63,845 nucleotides of DNA from an uncultured bacterium (GCA_903945195.1 CAJAUT010000019.1:1-63845), one strand, 5' to 3'; shown: positions 40,599 through 50,866, counted from the first letter of the stretch. The notes: generated by a model from the sequence alone, not told the origin. Program-made: numbers and translations.

Positions 40599-40730
40599 AA
40601 AAAAACCCGCCTCTTGGTGCGGGTTTGTGTTGTTTTGCTTTTTAATTAAGCTTTTTTACACCAAACCCACATCTCCCCAAATAAGGAGGTGTTTAACGGT
40701 AATGGTTGTAAAACGAGCTGTGTTTTTCAT
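40599..40730 (-). promoter_or_regulatory. Leader-peptide transcriptional attenuator
   Basis: uORF 40730-40656 (MKNTARFTTITVKHLLIWGDVGLV); terminator AAACCCGC-N8-GCGGG followed by a T run; antiterminator GTGGGTTTGGTGT pairs with ACACAAACCCGC. Confidence 0.7.
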
Positions 40731-40790
40731 AACTTTTGTTAGTATCGCAAAATATTAACGCTGTGACAATATATCAAACCATGTCAAATA

Positions 40791-40880
40791 TATAAGGTCT
40801 GACCTGCTAAGGAGACGAACGAAGTGAGTGTTTAGTCGAATCCTGAGCTTGGCGAAGGAGAGACCAGGTCAGACCTTATA
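40791..40880. repeat. REPIN-like inverted doublet enclosing a second REP-like element
   Basis: 16-bp inverted repeat 40791-806/40865-880; internal cctgagcttggcgaagg. Confidence 0.75.
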
Positions 40881-40884
40881 GGTA

Positions 40885-41808
40885 CTAGTTCTCTCTCGTC
40901 CCCATCCACGCGACTAGTTCCTCCATGACCTTCCGGGAGTCTCCCGGAAGGCTCAAAAGTCCAGATGTGAGTGACCGAGCCTTGCTCATATGTTCTTTTA
41001 TTACCTGTTCAGTTTTTTCTTTCCCATTCATCGTGGCATAGGTATGTTTGCCTTCGCGACTATCGTTTCCCACAGGTTTACCTGTCTTTTCACTATCGCC
41101 GTACTCCCCTAGCCAATCATCTCGTAGCTGAAATACATAGCCTAGCTCCATCCCGTATTTTTTAAGATTCTCTATCATCTCAGGTTTGGCTCCACCTAGG
41201 GTAGCCCCAAGTAGTAGTGGTAGGACGCAGCTATATTCCCCGCTCTTCATCTCTAGTATTTGCTGGATCGTGGTCTCATCCGCTATCGCTAGACCGTCAA
41301 GTGTCTGGCCATATCCCACCCGGGTGAAGTATTTGCCCCATACTTTCATTGCTTCAATCACTATCTTTGGATCCATTTTTAAATCAGATAAAATCTCTAT
41401 CCCCCAGCCAAATGTATAGTCGCCAGCTAGCATCGAGACAAAGTCGGCTTTATGTCTGTCATCATATCTAGCTAGCATCGTCTTGACCCCGCGGCGGAGT
41501 GTATCATTGTCCATGAAATCATCTTGGATCAACAGTCCCAGGTGGAAAATCTCCATCATGGCCGCAGATTTGACAATGTCTTGTAGGGGCGGATTATCAT
41601 CAGCCCGTGCGATCTCATATCCAAGTATCGTGAGCATTGCCCTCATCCGCTTACCACCCACAGACAGTTCCTTCATTGCTTCTACTATCTTTAACAGTTG
41701 TGGTGAAATACTTTTTACCTCTACCAGTCTCCTCTCTAGTTCACCTGCAATCTCTCTGTCCACCAGCTCTTTGTATTTGGCAATAAATTCTTCTAGCAAT
41801 TTATTCAT
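40885..41808 (-). CDS. Polyprenyl diphosphate synthase
   Basis: GGKRMR, QDDFMD..LRRG, FQLRDD and GKPVGNDSREGK motifs. Confidence 0.92.
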   Translation of the reverse strand: MNKLLEEFIAKYKELVDREIAGELERRLVEVKSISPQLLKIVEAMKELSVGGKRMRAMLTILGYEIARADDNPPLQDIVKSAAMMEIFHLGLLIQDDFMDNDTLRRGVKTMLARYDDRHKADFVSMLAGDYTFGWGIEILSDLKMDPKIVIEAMKVWGKYFTRVGYGQTLDGLAIADETTIQQILEMKSGEYSCVLPLLLGATLGGAKPEMIENLKKYGMELGYVFQLRDDWLGEYGDSEKTGKPVGNDSREGKHTYATMNGKEKTEQVIKEHMSKARSLTSGLLSLPGDSRKVMEELVAWMGTREN

Positions 41809-41820
41809 ACCCTTATTCTA

Positions 41821-42903
41821 TCAAACTAACAACTTCCCCTCTTTCAGCACCACTTTACCATCGATAGTCAAAACACTGCCAGACAATCTCATATCCTTCA
41901 CTATATCCCAGTGGATTGCAGACTCATTCTCACCCCCGCCTTTCTTGCTCTTGTACGCACGCCCAAGAGCCATATGGATAGTGCCACCAATTTTTTCATC
42001 AAACAAAGTATTTAGCATCGCCCTTTTGATATTAAAGTTGGCGCCAATCGCAAACTCACCCAGGTATTTTGCCCCGTGATCTGTCTCTAGCATTTTTAGC
42101 AAGGCTTCCTCACCTTTATCAGCTGCTGCCTTGATCACTTTGCCGTCTTTAAAATGCAAATGGATCCCAGATACTTCAGTACCATATGCAAGAGTTGGCA
42201 GATCAAAATAAACCTCCCCATTTACCCCGTTTGTCACAGGTGCCAGGAAACACTCACCATCAGGTATATTGCAGTCGCCGTAGCACGCACACGCAGTCCT
42301 ACCTTCTATGTTTACATACAAGTCCGTCATCTTCCCAACCACATGGATCTCCTTGCCCTCATCCATCATTTTTTCCAGTGATTTCAGGTCCTTTTCCATT
42401 TTTTTATAGTCAACTAGCACACTATCAAAATAAAACTGCTTCAACCAGTCATATGCCACCCCTGCTTCCTGAGCCATGGCAGGTGTGGGATAGTATGTCA
42501 GCACCCAGCGCTCCGAGTCGATCATCGGGTCCATCAGTGGTCTCATCAGCTTGGAGCGGATCGCTAGTTTAGCCGGGTCAATTTGCGCAAGTTCTCGACT
42601 ATTAAATTCACTATAGATCCGGATATATGCGTCGGCCCAAGCCACTTTGGATTTCACCACTTCTTCAGGTACATAGTTTAGCTGCCAGTCATTGGCTTCT
42701 GTAAAAAAAGCATAGGACATGCCAGTAGCCTCGATATCAAACATAGGGTAAGCCCCGCGCTTGAGCACCTCTATAAACACAGCTTTGCCTAGCGGCATCC
42801 CGTCTTGCGACACGGTAATGAGCACATGTTCTTTGGCTTTTACTTTGACACTATGGTCAACAAGTATTTTGGCTAGTTCAAAGTCTTTTTCAGATGGATT
42901 CAT
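41821..42903 (-). CDS. Aminopeptidase, M29 family (AmpS/PepS-like)
   Basis: NIPDGECF, LGEFAIG, LFDEK, HMALG and SAIHWD motifs. Confidence 0.92.
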   Translation of the reverse strand: MNPSEKDFELAKILVDHSVKVKAKEHVLITVSQDGMPLGKAVFIEVLKRGAYPMFDIEATGMSYAFFTEANDWQLNYVPEEVVKSKVAWADAYIRIYSEFNSRELAQIDPAKLAIRSKLMRPLMDPMIDSERWVLTYYPTPAMAQEAGVAYDWLKQFYFDSVLVDYKKMEKDLKSLEKMMDEGKEIHVVGKMTDLYVNIEGRTACACYGDCNIPDGECFLAPVTNGVNGEVYFDLPTLAYGTEVSGIHLHFKDGKVIKAAADKGEEALLKMLETDHGAKYLGEFAIGANFNIKRAMLNTLFDEKIGGTIHMALGRAYKSKKGGGENESAIHWDIVKDMRLSGSVLTIDGKVVLKEGKLLV

Positions 42904-42927
42904 TGCAAAAGTATAACACGAGAGTAT

Positions 42928-44331
42928 TTACTTTTTAGTCAAAGTCAAAAGTACGCTATCGCTCTCATTTAGTGAGATATCTCTTTTCAAACTACTTCCT
43001 ACATTCACTTCAGTATTTAAAACTCGTCCTGAAAGATATTCTTCACGTACAACATAGTTACCAGCACTCAAACCCACCACTGTAATCGGGAATAGTTCAT
43101 CATGCGTGCCCACCGAATCATAATTTGTCGCAAGCACTCGCACCACTCCATTTGCATCATAACTAGCCATAGCAGTCACATAGGTACCATTTCCTACACT
43201 AGGCAGTTTTACCCCGTCTAGTTTAGACAACATTTCTAAAGCTTTAAATCTAGGTTTCTTTTCAACAGGTCCATACTTTGGATTGGTCAACATCCCCCAG
43301 CCGCCATGATATTTTTTATCTCCTGGGGCCCCGTCCATCACTTCAAATGCGAGTACCATATCTACCGCCGATGATTCCAGCGCCGTATTTACCGCCAAAA
43401 AATGTGCTCCAGCCCACCGCCCGTCATATGCGCTAGACCTCTCTGGATTTACCCCCCATTCAGATATATACAAATCTTGCGACCTAGAAATTCTCGTTTG
43501 CATCATCTCTTTAGCAGTTGTCACATCTTTTACAAAATCATCAATATTTGCGCTGTACCTGTGCCACGAAAAAAAGTCGATCCTCACAGTGCTATCCAAT
43601 TTGTCATAAAATCCAGTCACCCAAGCAGGATAAAACCCAGTCGTAGCAGGACCACCTATCTTAAAAGCCTTTGCACCTTTTACTCCATTTGCCGCATTGG
43701 CAGCTGTACTATAAAGAGTCACATAATTTTTAGTTCCATTCATCTTCCATCCACCAAACAAGTCCGGCTCATTCCAAACCTCATATATCACATTCTCCAG
43801 ACCGCCCTTATAATCACGCGAATAATGCCCGACCGTTGCAGCCACCACTTGCCCCCACTCTCCCCAATTCACCGGAAAATCCAAGATATCACTCTTTGAA
43901 ATAGCTGTAGGCATATAAGAAAGTGAAAAATATGGCTTTGCACCTGCCGCTACTATATCGCCCACAAGTGCATCTAGTTTGGTCCAGTTATATACCAGAC
44001 GGCCATCCTTTTTATCCACCACGCCATACCCATCATAGAGATGATCAATTCTCACGTATTTTGTGCCCACAGATTTCAGCATGCCGCTCGTTGCAGTCAT
44101 TCTAAAATCTGAGTCAGGTAATTTTTCAAATCCTTGCGACACTCCACTCCAGATTTTACGAATAGGTGCGCCAGGTTGTGACACATCCACCACAATTGCA
44201 GCAGTCTGGAAACTAGCACCCGTCATGAGCCTCCAAGCGTTTTGGGCCAAAGGAATCGTAAAAGGCAGTAGTGCCACAAGTCCAAAGACGATTGCCAAAG
44301 CTTTCCAATTTTTCTTCCAAAATTTCTGCAT
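42928..44331 (-). CDS. Membrane-anchored glycoside hydrolase family 39-like protein
   Basis: YEVWNEPD, IGGPA, DFFSWH and ISEW motifs. Confidence 0.82.
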   Translation of the reverse strand: MQKFWKKNWKALAIVFGLVALLPFTIPLAQNAWRLMTGASFQTAAIVVDVSQPGAPIRKIWSGVSQGFEKLPDSDFRMTATSGMLKSVGTKYVRIDHLYDGYGVVDKKDGRLVYNWTKLDALVGDIVAAGAKPYFSLSYMPTAISKSDILDFPVNWGEWGQVVAATVGHYSRDYKGGLENVIYEVWNEPDLFGGWKMNGTKNYVTLYSTAANAANGVKGAKAFKIGGPATTGFYPAWVTGFYDKLDSTVRIDFFSWHRYSANIDDFVKDVTTAKEMMQTRISRSQDLYISEWGVNPERSSAYDGRWAGAHFLAVNTALESSAVDMVLAFEVMDGAPGDKKYHGGWGMLTNPKYGPVEKKPRFKALEMLSKLDGVKLPSVGNGTYVTAMASYDANGVVRVLATNYDSVGTHDELFPITVVGLSAGNYVVREEYLSGRVLNTEVNVGSSLKRDISLNESDSVLLTLTKK

Positions 44332-44402
44332 ATCTCTAGATTATCACAATAGCTGAGACAAAAATACTGCAATATTTGACAGTATGTAATATAATATAGG
44401 AT

Positions 44403-44990
44403 ATGAAATCATTCATTACAGGGCTCCTCACCATCTTGGCTATCGGAATCATAGGTTTTATTACCTTTAGATCCACTACTTCCTTCATGATCAAGATTTT
44501 TGGCTCTCCCTCACCCAGTGCCTATGTCTTCCCTTCCGAATCTCCAGTAGCTAGTTCCACGACAAAGGCTTCATCTACACCAGAAGAATCTGAAACACCA
44601 GTTAAAACCACCAAAGGTGGGATGCCCATAGAAGATACCAAAGTCAAAGGAGCTACAACCTACGCTCCCTCCACAAAGACCATCGTCACCACAACCACTC
44701 ACCTTACACTCACTCTCATCAAATCTAGTGTCTGCCCAGTCAGCTATATCACAGAAGTCAAAGATATTTCTGGCCCTCTTTCTTTAAAATATGTTCTTAA
44801 AGATGGCTATAGTTTTGGCATTACTGTCTGGAAAAGAGATGGTAGCGAAATCATTCAAAATACCACCTACTCAGGAAATTCTGGTTTAGTCAAAACCGTA
44901 GACGGTATCGATTACATGAAAGTCCGCATCGAATCCAAGTCTTGCTCAGGCAATTCCGACAACTGGCTCACCCTAACCGCAGAAAGATAA
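44403..44990 (+). CDS. Hypothetical membrane-anchored protein with S/T/P-rich linker
   Basis: N-terminal TM, low-complexity linker, Cys pair. Confidence 0.65.
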   Translation: MKSFITGLLTILAIGIIGFITFRSTTSFMIKIFGSPSPSAYVFPSESPVASSTTKASSTPEESETPVKTTKGGMPIEDTKVKGATTYAPSTKTIVTTTTHLTLTLIKSSVCPVSYITEVKDISGPLSLKYVLKDGYSFGITVWKRDGSEIIQNTTYSGNSGLVKTVDGIDYMKVRIESKSCSGNSDNWLTLTAER

Positions 44991-44992
44991 TT

Positions 44993-45556
44993 TTAAGCCC
45001 TACTTACGTACTCGTCAGTTGCCGTATCGATGATGATTGTCTCGCCTTGTTTGATAAACAGCGGCACCATCACCTCTACCCCTGTCTCTATAGTCACTGT
45101 CTTTTTAGGAGCATTGACCGTGTTTCCAGCTACCGCGTCCGATGCCTCCGTCACTTTTACAGTGACTTTCAGGGGGAAACGTACACCTATTGGCTTACCT
45201 TCATAAAAACTCACAAACATCTTCATTTCTGCTAGTAGATACTTTTCCTTACCTTCAAATAAAGGTTTATCCACCTCAAACTGGTCATAAGTCTGTGGGT
45301 TCATAAAGTAATAGATATCACCATCACTATATAGGTACTGTAGCTCGACTGTGTCTACGTCGACTGTCTCCACCATTTCTGCAGATTTAAAGGTGTATTC
45401 GTAGACATTTCCCGTCTTTACGTTCTTCATGCGAGTACGAGCAAAAGCACTGCCCTTACCAGGAAAATAAAACTCACACTTTACGACCGCACATGGTTGA
45501 CCTTTATAAAGGACAAACACCCCGGTCTTTAGTTGATTTGCGCGCATTGTAGACAT
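44993..45556 (-). CDS. efp: Elongation factor P
   Basis: PGKG loop, VPLFI and EYVSR motifs. Confidence 0.95.
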   Translation of the reverse strand: MSTMRANQLKTGVFVLYKGQPCAVVKCEFYFPGKGSAFARTRMKNVKTGNVYEYTFKSAEMVETVDVDTVELQYLYSDGDIYYFMNPQTYDQFEVDKPLFEGKEKYLLAEMKMFVSFYEGKPIGVRFPLKVTVKVTEASDAVAGNTVNAPKKTVTIETGVEVMVPLFIKQGETIIIDTATDEYVSRA

Positions 45557-45579
45557 ATGGCGGATTATAACCCTGATTA

Positions 45580-45819
45580 CTAGCTTTCAGCAATCCTACC
45601 CATACCTATTAAAGTTTGATGTAAAAAATTCATATCACCGGATGAATACGACACTGATGCCGCAAAGCCAATTTTATATGCTTCACTCTCTATTTCAAAT
45701 TTTGCCCATCCTTTAGTAGGACCTCTAAATGATCCTTCACTTTCTGCCCCAGTTAATTGAATAATTTCCTGTTCTGTCAGTCCTAATTTTCTTAAATCTT
45801 CCATCCCAAATCCAGACAT
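45580..45819 (-). CDS. Hypothetical protein
   Basis: 79-aa ORF with AGGAG RBS between epmA and efp. Confidence 0.5.
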   Translation of the reverse strand: MSGFGMEDLRKLGLTEQEIIQLTGAESEGSFRGPTKGWAKFEIESEAYKIGFAASVSYSSGDMNFLHQTLIGMGRIAES

Positions 45820-45834
45820 AATTTATTCTCCTAT

Positions 45835-46914
45835 CTATATTATAGATATATTAAACAACTCCCCTACCGGGAAAAAGAGCGTATCTGCAATATCTGGAGC
45901 GTCTGCAAACAGCGCCACTAGCCTATCTACTCCCACCGCAATCCCCCCAGTTTCTGGCATCCCCATCTTCAAAGCCTCGATAAAGTCAGTATCCATTGGG
46001 TAAGCGAGTTTACCCTGAGCTTGCCGAAGGGCTAGATCAGCTAGACACCTAGCCTCCTGCTCTCTCCAGTCAGTCAGCTCCGAGAAACAATTGCCTAGCT
46101 CCATACCCGCCATAAACACTTCAAATCTCTCGGCAAATCTAGGATCACTCACTTTCTTTTTCGAAAGTGCTGCTTGGGACACTGGATAGTCATAAAGAAT
46201 AGTTGGGCCCTTTTGCCCGAGCTTTGGCTCTATCTCATTGGCGATTATTTGATTCCAGATTTCTTCCCAGGTTGTTTTTTCATCTACTTGATACCCACGC
46301 TGTTTGCCGCATGCCGTAAGCCGTTTGCCATCCAACATCGTCTCAGTGTCGATCCCTGCATATTTTTCAAATGCTTCAGCAACCGATATCCTCTCCCACG
46401 GTGCCTTCAAAGAGTATTCTTTCCCCTGGTACATCAAAATCTCCGATGCTCTGATTTGCTGATTCTCTGGCTTTCTGAGTTTTCCGATTGTCTGATTTAT
46501 CTTAATCATCAACCCCTCAAAGTCATGCGCCACGTCCATATAGTCACCTGGCGTCCTGTACCATTCAAGGATGCTAAATTCTGGGTTGTGTCGACTAGAT
46601 CTCCCTTCACCATTGCGAAAAGATTTAGTGATCGTAAATATAGACCCTGACCCAGCAGACAAGAGTTTTTTCATTGCAAACTCAGGAGAACTAGGCAAAA
46701 ATCCATCCCATTTATGACCTTGATCATCTACAAGTTTTGTCTTAAATACTTCTAAAAATGGCTCCGTACTAGGTGTGGGTAAAAGTAGTGGCACCTCGGC
46801 CTCATGAAATCCCTCACCCTTAAAATATGCGCGGATCGCATCGATCACTTTTTCCCTCACAAAATACTGTTTCCATAATTCTGGTTTTTCTTTCAATTTT
46901 TGAAACGTTTTCAT
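45835..46914 (-). CDS. epmA: EF-P lysine aminoacylase EpmA/GenX
   Basis: SPEFAMKKLL, FRNGE..RHNPEF, ERFE and GVDRL; no anticodon domain; next to efp. Confidence 0.92.
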   Translation of the reverse strand: MKTFQKLKEKPELWKQYFVREKVIDAIRAYFKGEGFHEAEVPLLLPTPSTEPFLEVFKTKLVDDQGHKWDGFLPSSPEFAMKKLLSAGSGSIFTITKSFRNGEGRSSRHNPEFSILEWYRTPGDYMDVAHDFEGLMIKINQTIGKLRKPENQQIRASEILMYQGKEYSLKAPWERISVAEAFEKYAGIDTETMLDGKRLTACGKQRGYQVDEKTTWEEIWNQIIANEIEPKLGQKGPTILYDYPVSQAALSKKKVSDPRFAERFEVFMAGMELGNCFSELTDWREQEARCLADLALRQAQGKLAYPMDTDFIEALKMGMPETGGIAVGVDRLVALFADAPDIADTLFFPVGELFNISII

Positions 46915-46967
46915 GCGATCTTCCAGATATATGAGTGATATAATGATTTAAATCATTATATCATTAA

Positions 46968-48023
46968 CTAGTAACGTAAGCGGGCTCCAACTTTTACTTT
47001 TTTGAGCAGTCTCTCGTCTGTTAGTAGTTTGCCGCATCCCCTCACGACTGCCGACATAGGCTCGTCAGTCACCCACACAGGCATACGGGTAGATTCTGAG
47101 ACCATCTTATCTAGCCCACGGATGAGAGATCCTCCTCCAGCCATAGTGATGCCGTGCTGGATGATATCAGATACTAGTTCTGGTGGAGTCTCTTCGAGCA
47201 CATCCATCACCGCTCGCACTATTTGCTGGATAGTAGGAGCTAAAGCCTCGCGTACTTCGGTCGCACTAAACTTCATCGACTTTGGTAGTCCATTGGATAG
47301 ATCTCTGCCACGCACCACAATCTGTAATTCTTTTTTGTCATCAGGCTCGACCGCGCTACCTATCTGCATCTTCACTTCTTCCGCTGTAGTATCGCCTAGT
47401 AGTAGTCCGTATTTCACGCGGGAAAAATGGATAATCGACTCAGTCAGTTCGTCCCCAGCAATTCGCAGAGATTTATTTAGCACAATTCCACCAAGCGATA
47501 GGATTGCGATCTCCGTAGTCCCACCACCTATGTCTATGATCATCTGTCCGCGGGGTTCATCTATCGGGAGTCCTGCCCCGATGGCTGCGGCCATCGGCTC
47601 TTCGACTAGATATGCCTCACGTGCTCCTGCCTGTATCGCTGCCTCAGATACAGCACGTCTTTCAACTTCGGTCACGCCCGAGGGTATGCCGATGATCACT
47701 TTAGGTCTAGGAATTTTAGCGATCCACGGCGAACTTTCATGTACTTGTTTAATATAAAAATTAAGCATCGCCTCAGCCCCGTCATAGTCAGCTATCACTC
47801 CGTCGCGTAGCGGACGTATAGCTTCTATAGCTTCTGGAGTTTTGCCGGCCATCAGTTTGGCTTCGGTTCCTATAGCTAGTACCGCGCCTGTTCTTTTATG
47901 CCGCGCGATATAGCTAGGCTCGCGGATCAGTATCCCTTTACCCTTTACAAAAACGAGTGTGTTTGCTGTCCCCAAATCTATCCCCATATCCTGCGAAAAA
48001 TACCCTAAAAGTGTATTCAACAT
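46968..48023 (-). CDS. mreB: Rod shape-determining protein MreB
   Basis: GIDLGTANT, EEPMAAAIG and DIGGGTT motifs. Confidence 0.96.
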   Translation of the reverse strand: MLNTLLGYFSQDMGIDLGTANTLVFVKGKGILIREPSYIARHKRTGAVLAIGTEAKLMAGKTPEAIEAIRPLRDGVIADYDGAEAMLNFYIKQVHESSPWIAKIPRPKVIIGIPSGVTEVERRAVSEAAIQAGAREAYLVEEPMAAAIGAGLPIDEPRGQMIIDIGGGTTEIAILSLGGIVLNKSLRIAGDELTESIIHFSRVKYGLLLGDTTAEEVKMQIGSAVEPDDKKELQIVVRGRDLSNGLPKSMKFSATEVREALAPTIQQIVRAVMDVLEETPPELVSDIIQHGITMAGGGSLIRGLDKMVSESTRMPVWVTDEPMSAVVRGCGKLLTDERLLKKVKVGARLRY

Positions 48024-48127
48024 GCCTCACATGATATCACACCTGCAGCTCAGATGAGCAAAATATCCAGATAAATACCTCATAAAACATCAAAAGATAT
48101 CAACTGAATTTCTGATATACTTTCTGT

Positions 48128-50086
48128 ATGCAGCCCCTTATCCAAACTACCATCTATCTCCTAACTATCTTTATCCCCCTCACCTTTACCATTCTAAACT
48201 CCGAACTCTTTGAATTCCCCAAATTTATCATCCTGTTATCAGGCACCATCGCAATTGCACTAGCATGGGGCTACCACATCTACAAATCAAAAGATTGGAA
48301 GATCTTTACCCCCAATTTTTTAAATTATTCCGTCCTGGCAGTACTAGCTACCCAAACTATCGCCACGATTTTTTCCATTCATCCATACACTAGTTTTTGG
48401 GGTTACTACTCACGTTTTCACGGTGGGCTTCTCACCACCATTTGCTACACCATCATCTATTTTGCAGCTCTTAAATGGATGGATACAAAATCTACTCAAA
48501 AACTTATAAAGATATCTATAGGCACAGCTATTTTAGTTGGCCTATATGCCATTCTAGAGCGCCTGGGTATAGACAAAAACTTCTGGGTCCAAGACGTGCA
48601 GAGTCGTCCCTTTTCCACGCTAGGTCAGCCCAATTGGTTAGCTGCCTACATGATCCCAAACATCTTTTTGGCACTATATCATAATGCATCAGGGAAAAAA
48701 TCTAGTTACTGGGGATATATAGTCACTATTGTTCTTATTGCTTCACTCGTTTTGACTCGCTCGCGCTCCGGACTCATCGGCTTTGCCCTTTCACTTCTCA
48801 CTTATTATGTATTACTGACTCGCCAGTTTAACTTTAGCAAAATCAAAAATCAGATTTATGTTTTCCTAGCTAGTTTTACGGTTCTTGCCATCGTCCTAGG
48901 CAATCCCTTTACCTCCTCAATCACCTCATATTTTACAAAAGTATCACCAGTCGTCGTCGCCCCATCAGGCACAGCTCTAGAAAATGGTGGTACAGAATCA
49001 GGTGATATCCGCAAGATTGTTTGGAGCGGTGCCCTAAAGCTCATCCAAAAATATCCTATCTTAGGCACGGGACCAGAAACATTCGCCTATACCTACTACT
49101 GGACTAGGCCCATCGCTCACAACATGACCTCCGAATGGGATTTCCTCTACAACAAAGCCCACAACGAATACCTAAATGTGGCTGCAGGCGCAGGTCTCAT
49201 CGGCCTTGCTGCCTATTTATCTTTTCACTTAGCTATGTTTATGGCAGGATTTGCCAAAGTCTCAAAATCCAAAAAAATAAACCAAGATGAGCTGGACGAT
49301 TTACGCCATCTATATCCTGTGTTGGGAGCTACTATTGTAGGTTTTGCAGTCACCAGCTTCTTTGGTTTTTCAGTGATCCCTGTGTACTTTATTACCATCA
49401 TCATCGCCACTTTACCAACCACTTTTAAAACCTCTGTAGCAGAATCAAATGACCCCCTAAACCCTTCTTATTACTTTGTACTGCCTGTATTACTTTTGTA
49501 TCCACTCACCATTTTCCTAGCCGATACAAATTATGCCAAAGGCAAAGCTTACCTAGACGCTGGCAAACCCGCAGTAGCTTTGCCATATCTACAAAAATCA
49601 GCTAATAATAGACTAGGGTTAGATCTCTACCAAGCCACCCTAGGTGAAGCATATAGCCAGCTAGGACAGGTAGATAGCGCTCTATCTCAACTAGATCTAA
49701 ACAAAAAATTAAACCCCTATCACCTCAATTTTTACAAATCTCGCGCCAAGATATATCTCACCCTTGCCAGCATCGATGCCAAATATCACACAGGGGCACT
49801 AGAGGAGCTTAAAAAAGCTAGAGAGCTAGCTCCCACCGATCCCAAGCTCGCCTACAATCTAGGGCTCGTCTATACAAGACTAGATGACCTATCTAGTGGA
49901 GAGGAGCAGCTGCGTGAGTCGATCGCGCTCAAACCCAACTACAGCGAGCCTTACTACGCCCTCACCCTACTCTACGAACAAGACAAAAAAACAGATCTCT
50001 TGCCAGACCTCCTCACCTCCGCCAAATCAAATCTCTCTACCTATAGTGCCCAGCTCAAAGACAAAATAGACAAATACTCAAAATAA
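48128..50086 (+). CDS. O-antigen ligase-family membrane protein with C-terminal TPRs
   Basis: STLGQPN, TRSRSG, GTGPETF and AHNEYL motifs; TPR-like tail. Confidence 0.85.
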   Translation: MQPLIQTTIYLLTIFIPLTFTILNSELFEFPKFIILLSGTIAIALAWGYHIYKSKDWKIFTPNFLNYSVLAVLATQTIATIFSIHPYTSFWGYYSRFHGGLLTTICYTIIYFAALKWMDTKSTQKLIKISIGTAILVGLYAILERLGIDKNFWVQDVQSRPFSTLGQPNWLAAYMIPNIFLALYHNASGKKSSYWGYIVTIVLIASLVLTRSRSGLIGFALSLLTYYVLLTRQFNFSKIKNQIYVFLASFTVLAIVLGNPFTSSITSYFTKVSPVVVAPSGTALENGGTESGDIRKIVWSGALKLIQKYPILGTGPETFAYTYYWTRPIAHNMTSEWDFLYNKAHNEYLNVAAGAGLIGLAAYLSFHLAMFMAGFAKVSKSKKINQDELDDLRHLYPVLGATIVGFAVTSFFGFSVIPVYFITIIIATLPTTFKTSVAESNDPLNPSYYFVLPVLLLYPLTIFLADTNYAKGKAYLDAGKPAVALPYLQKSANNRLGLDLYQATLGEAYSQLGQVDSALSQLDLNKKLNPYHLNFYKSRAKIYLTLASIDAKYHTGALEELKKARELAPTDPKLAYNLGLVYTRLDDLSSGEEQLRESIALKPNYSEPYYALTLLYEQDKKTDLLPDLLTSAKSNLSTYSAQLKDKIDKYSK

Positions 50087-50101
50087 ATATAAACTAAGTA
50101 T

Positions 50102-50344
50102 ATGTTTTTACCTAAAGAAGAATTTAATACTCCAGCCAGCGATCCAAAAGTATTACAAAAAGTATTAAACCTAGTAGATGCCATTCAAAGCAGGGGAGAG
50201 ACTGGATTTGGAGAGAGAATTATTATCGCTTTTCAGAATATTCTTGGGATACACGGGAACATAAATGAAGGCGAAGAGGCAACAAAATTTATCAAAGAGA
50301 ACCCATTAGATACTAAAAAAGTAACTGATATATTGAAAAATTAA
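50102..50344 (+). CDS. Hypothetical protein
   Basis: 80-aa ORF; TAAACT lies 6 nt before the ATG. Confidence 0.5.
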   Translation: MFLPKEEFNTPASDPKVLQKVLNLVDAIQSRGETGFGERIIIAFQNILGIHGNINEGEEATKFIKENPLDTKKVTDILKN

Positions 50345-50372
50345 TCCACCCTCTTACCAGTTAAAATCCGAC

Positions 50373-50702
50373 TTAATTATTTTCGTTATTTTTAAAAATA
50401 TTCCTCATTCTTTCGCTAGGAGTTAGTTTGGAAATTGTTTCTATATTTCTTTGTACCTCCACCATTTGAGCACTAGCTGCAACTGAATCATATTTATATT
50501 GTTTAGTAGCTCGTTTAACTTGTTTCTGCCAAGCATTCCTCATTTCAATCTCTTCATTTGTTATTGGAGTTTTAGGGTTCTGCTCATCGCTCATGGCCCA
50601 AGTACTAAGTGATCTTCGAGCATTAAGAGTTCTTTGTTCGACATCAACATCGCCATCTTGGTTGCCAAAAAATAAACTTCTCAACGTTTCTTTTAATCCC
50701 AT
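50373..50702 (-). CDS. Hypothetical protein
   Basis: 109-aa ORF. Confidence 0.5.
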   Translation of the reverse strand: MGLKETLRSLFFGNQDGDVDVEQRTLNARRSLSTWAMSDEQNPKTPITNEEIEMRNAWQKQVKRATKQYKYDSVAASAQMVEVQRNIETISKLTPSERMRNIFKNNENN

Positions 50703-50866
50703 ACATCCCCAAAAAATATATATCTATATCATACCATATCAGCCACAATCATTACTTGAATTTATTGGAGATTTCTTTTGCTTTTCTTATAGAAAGACCT
50801 TTCGCACTAATTCAGTAAAATATTGCAATGGAGTTTTTTTGATTTTTTGAACATTCATTTCAGTCA

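Noticed and set aside
47002..47757. Long antisense ORFs (also 4580-5158, 41483-42079, 56423-56983 and others)
   Set aside because: They are shadow frames opposite well-supported genes and show no protein motifs.
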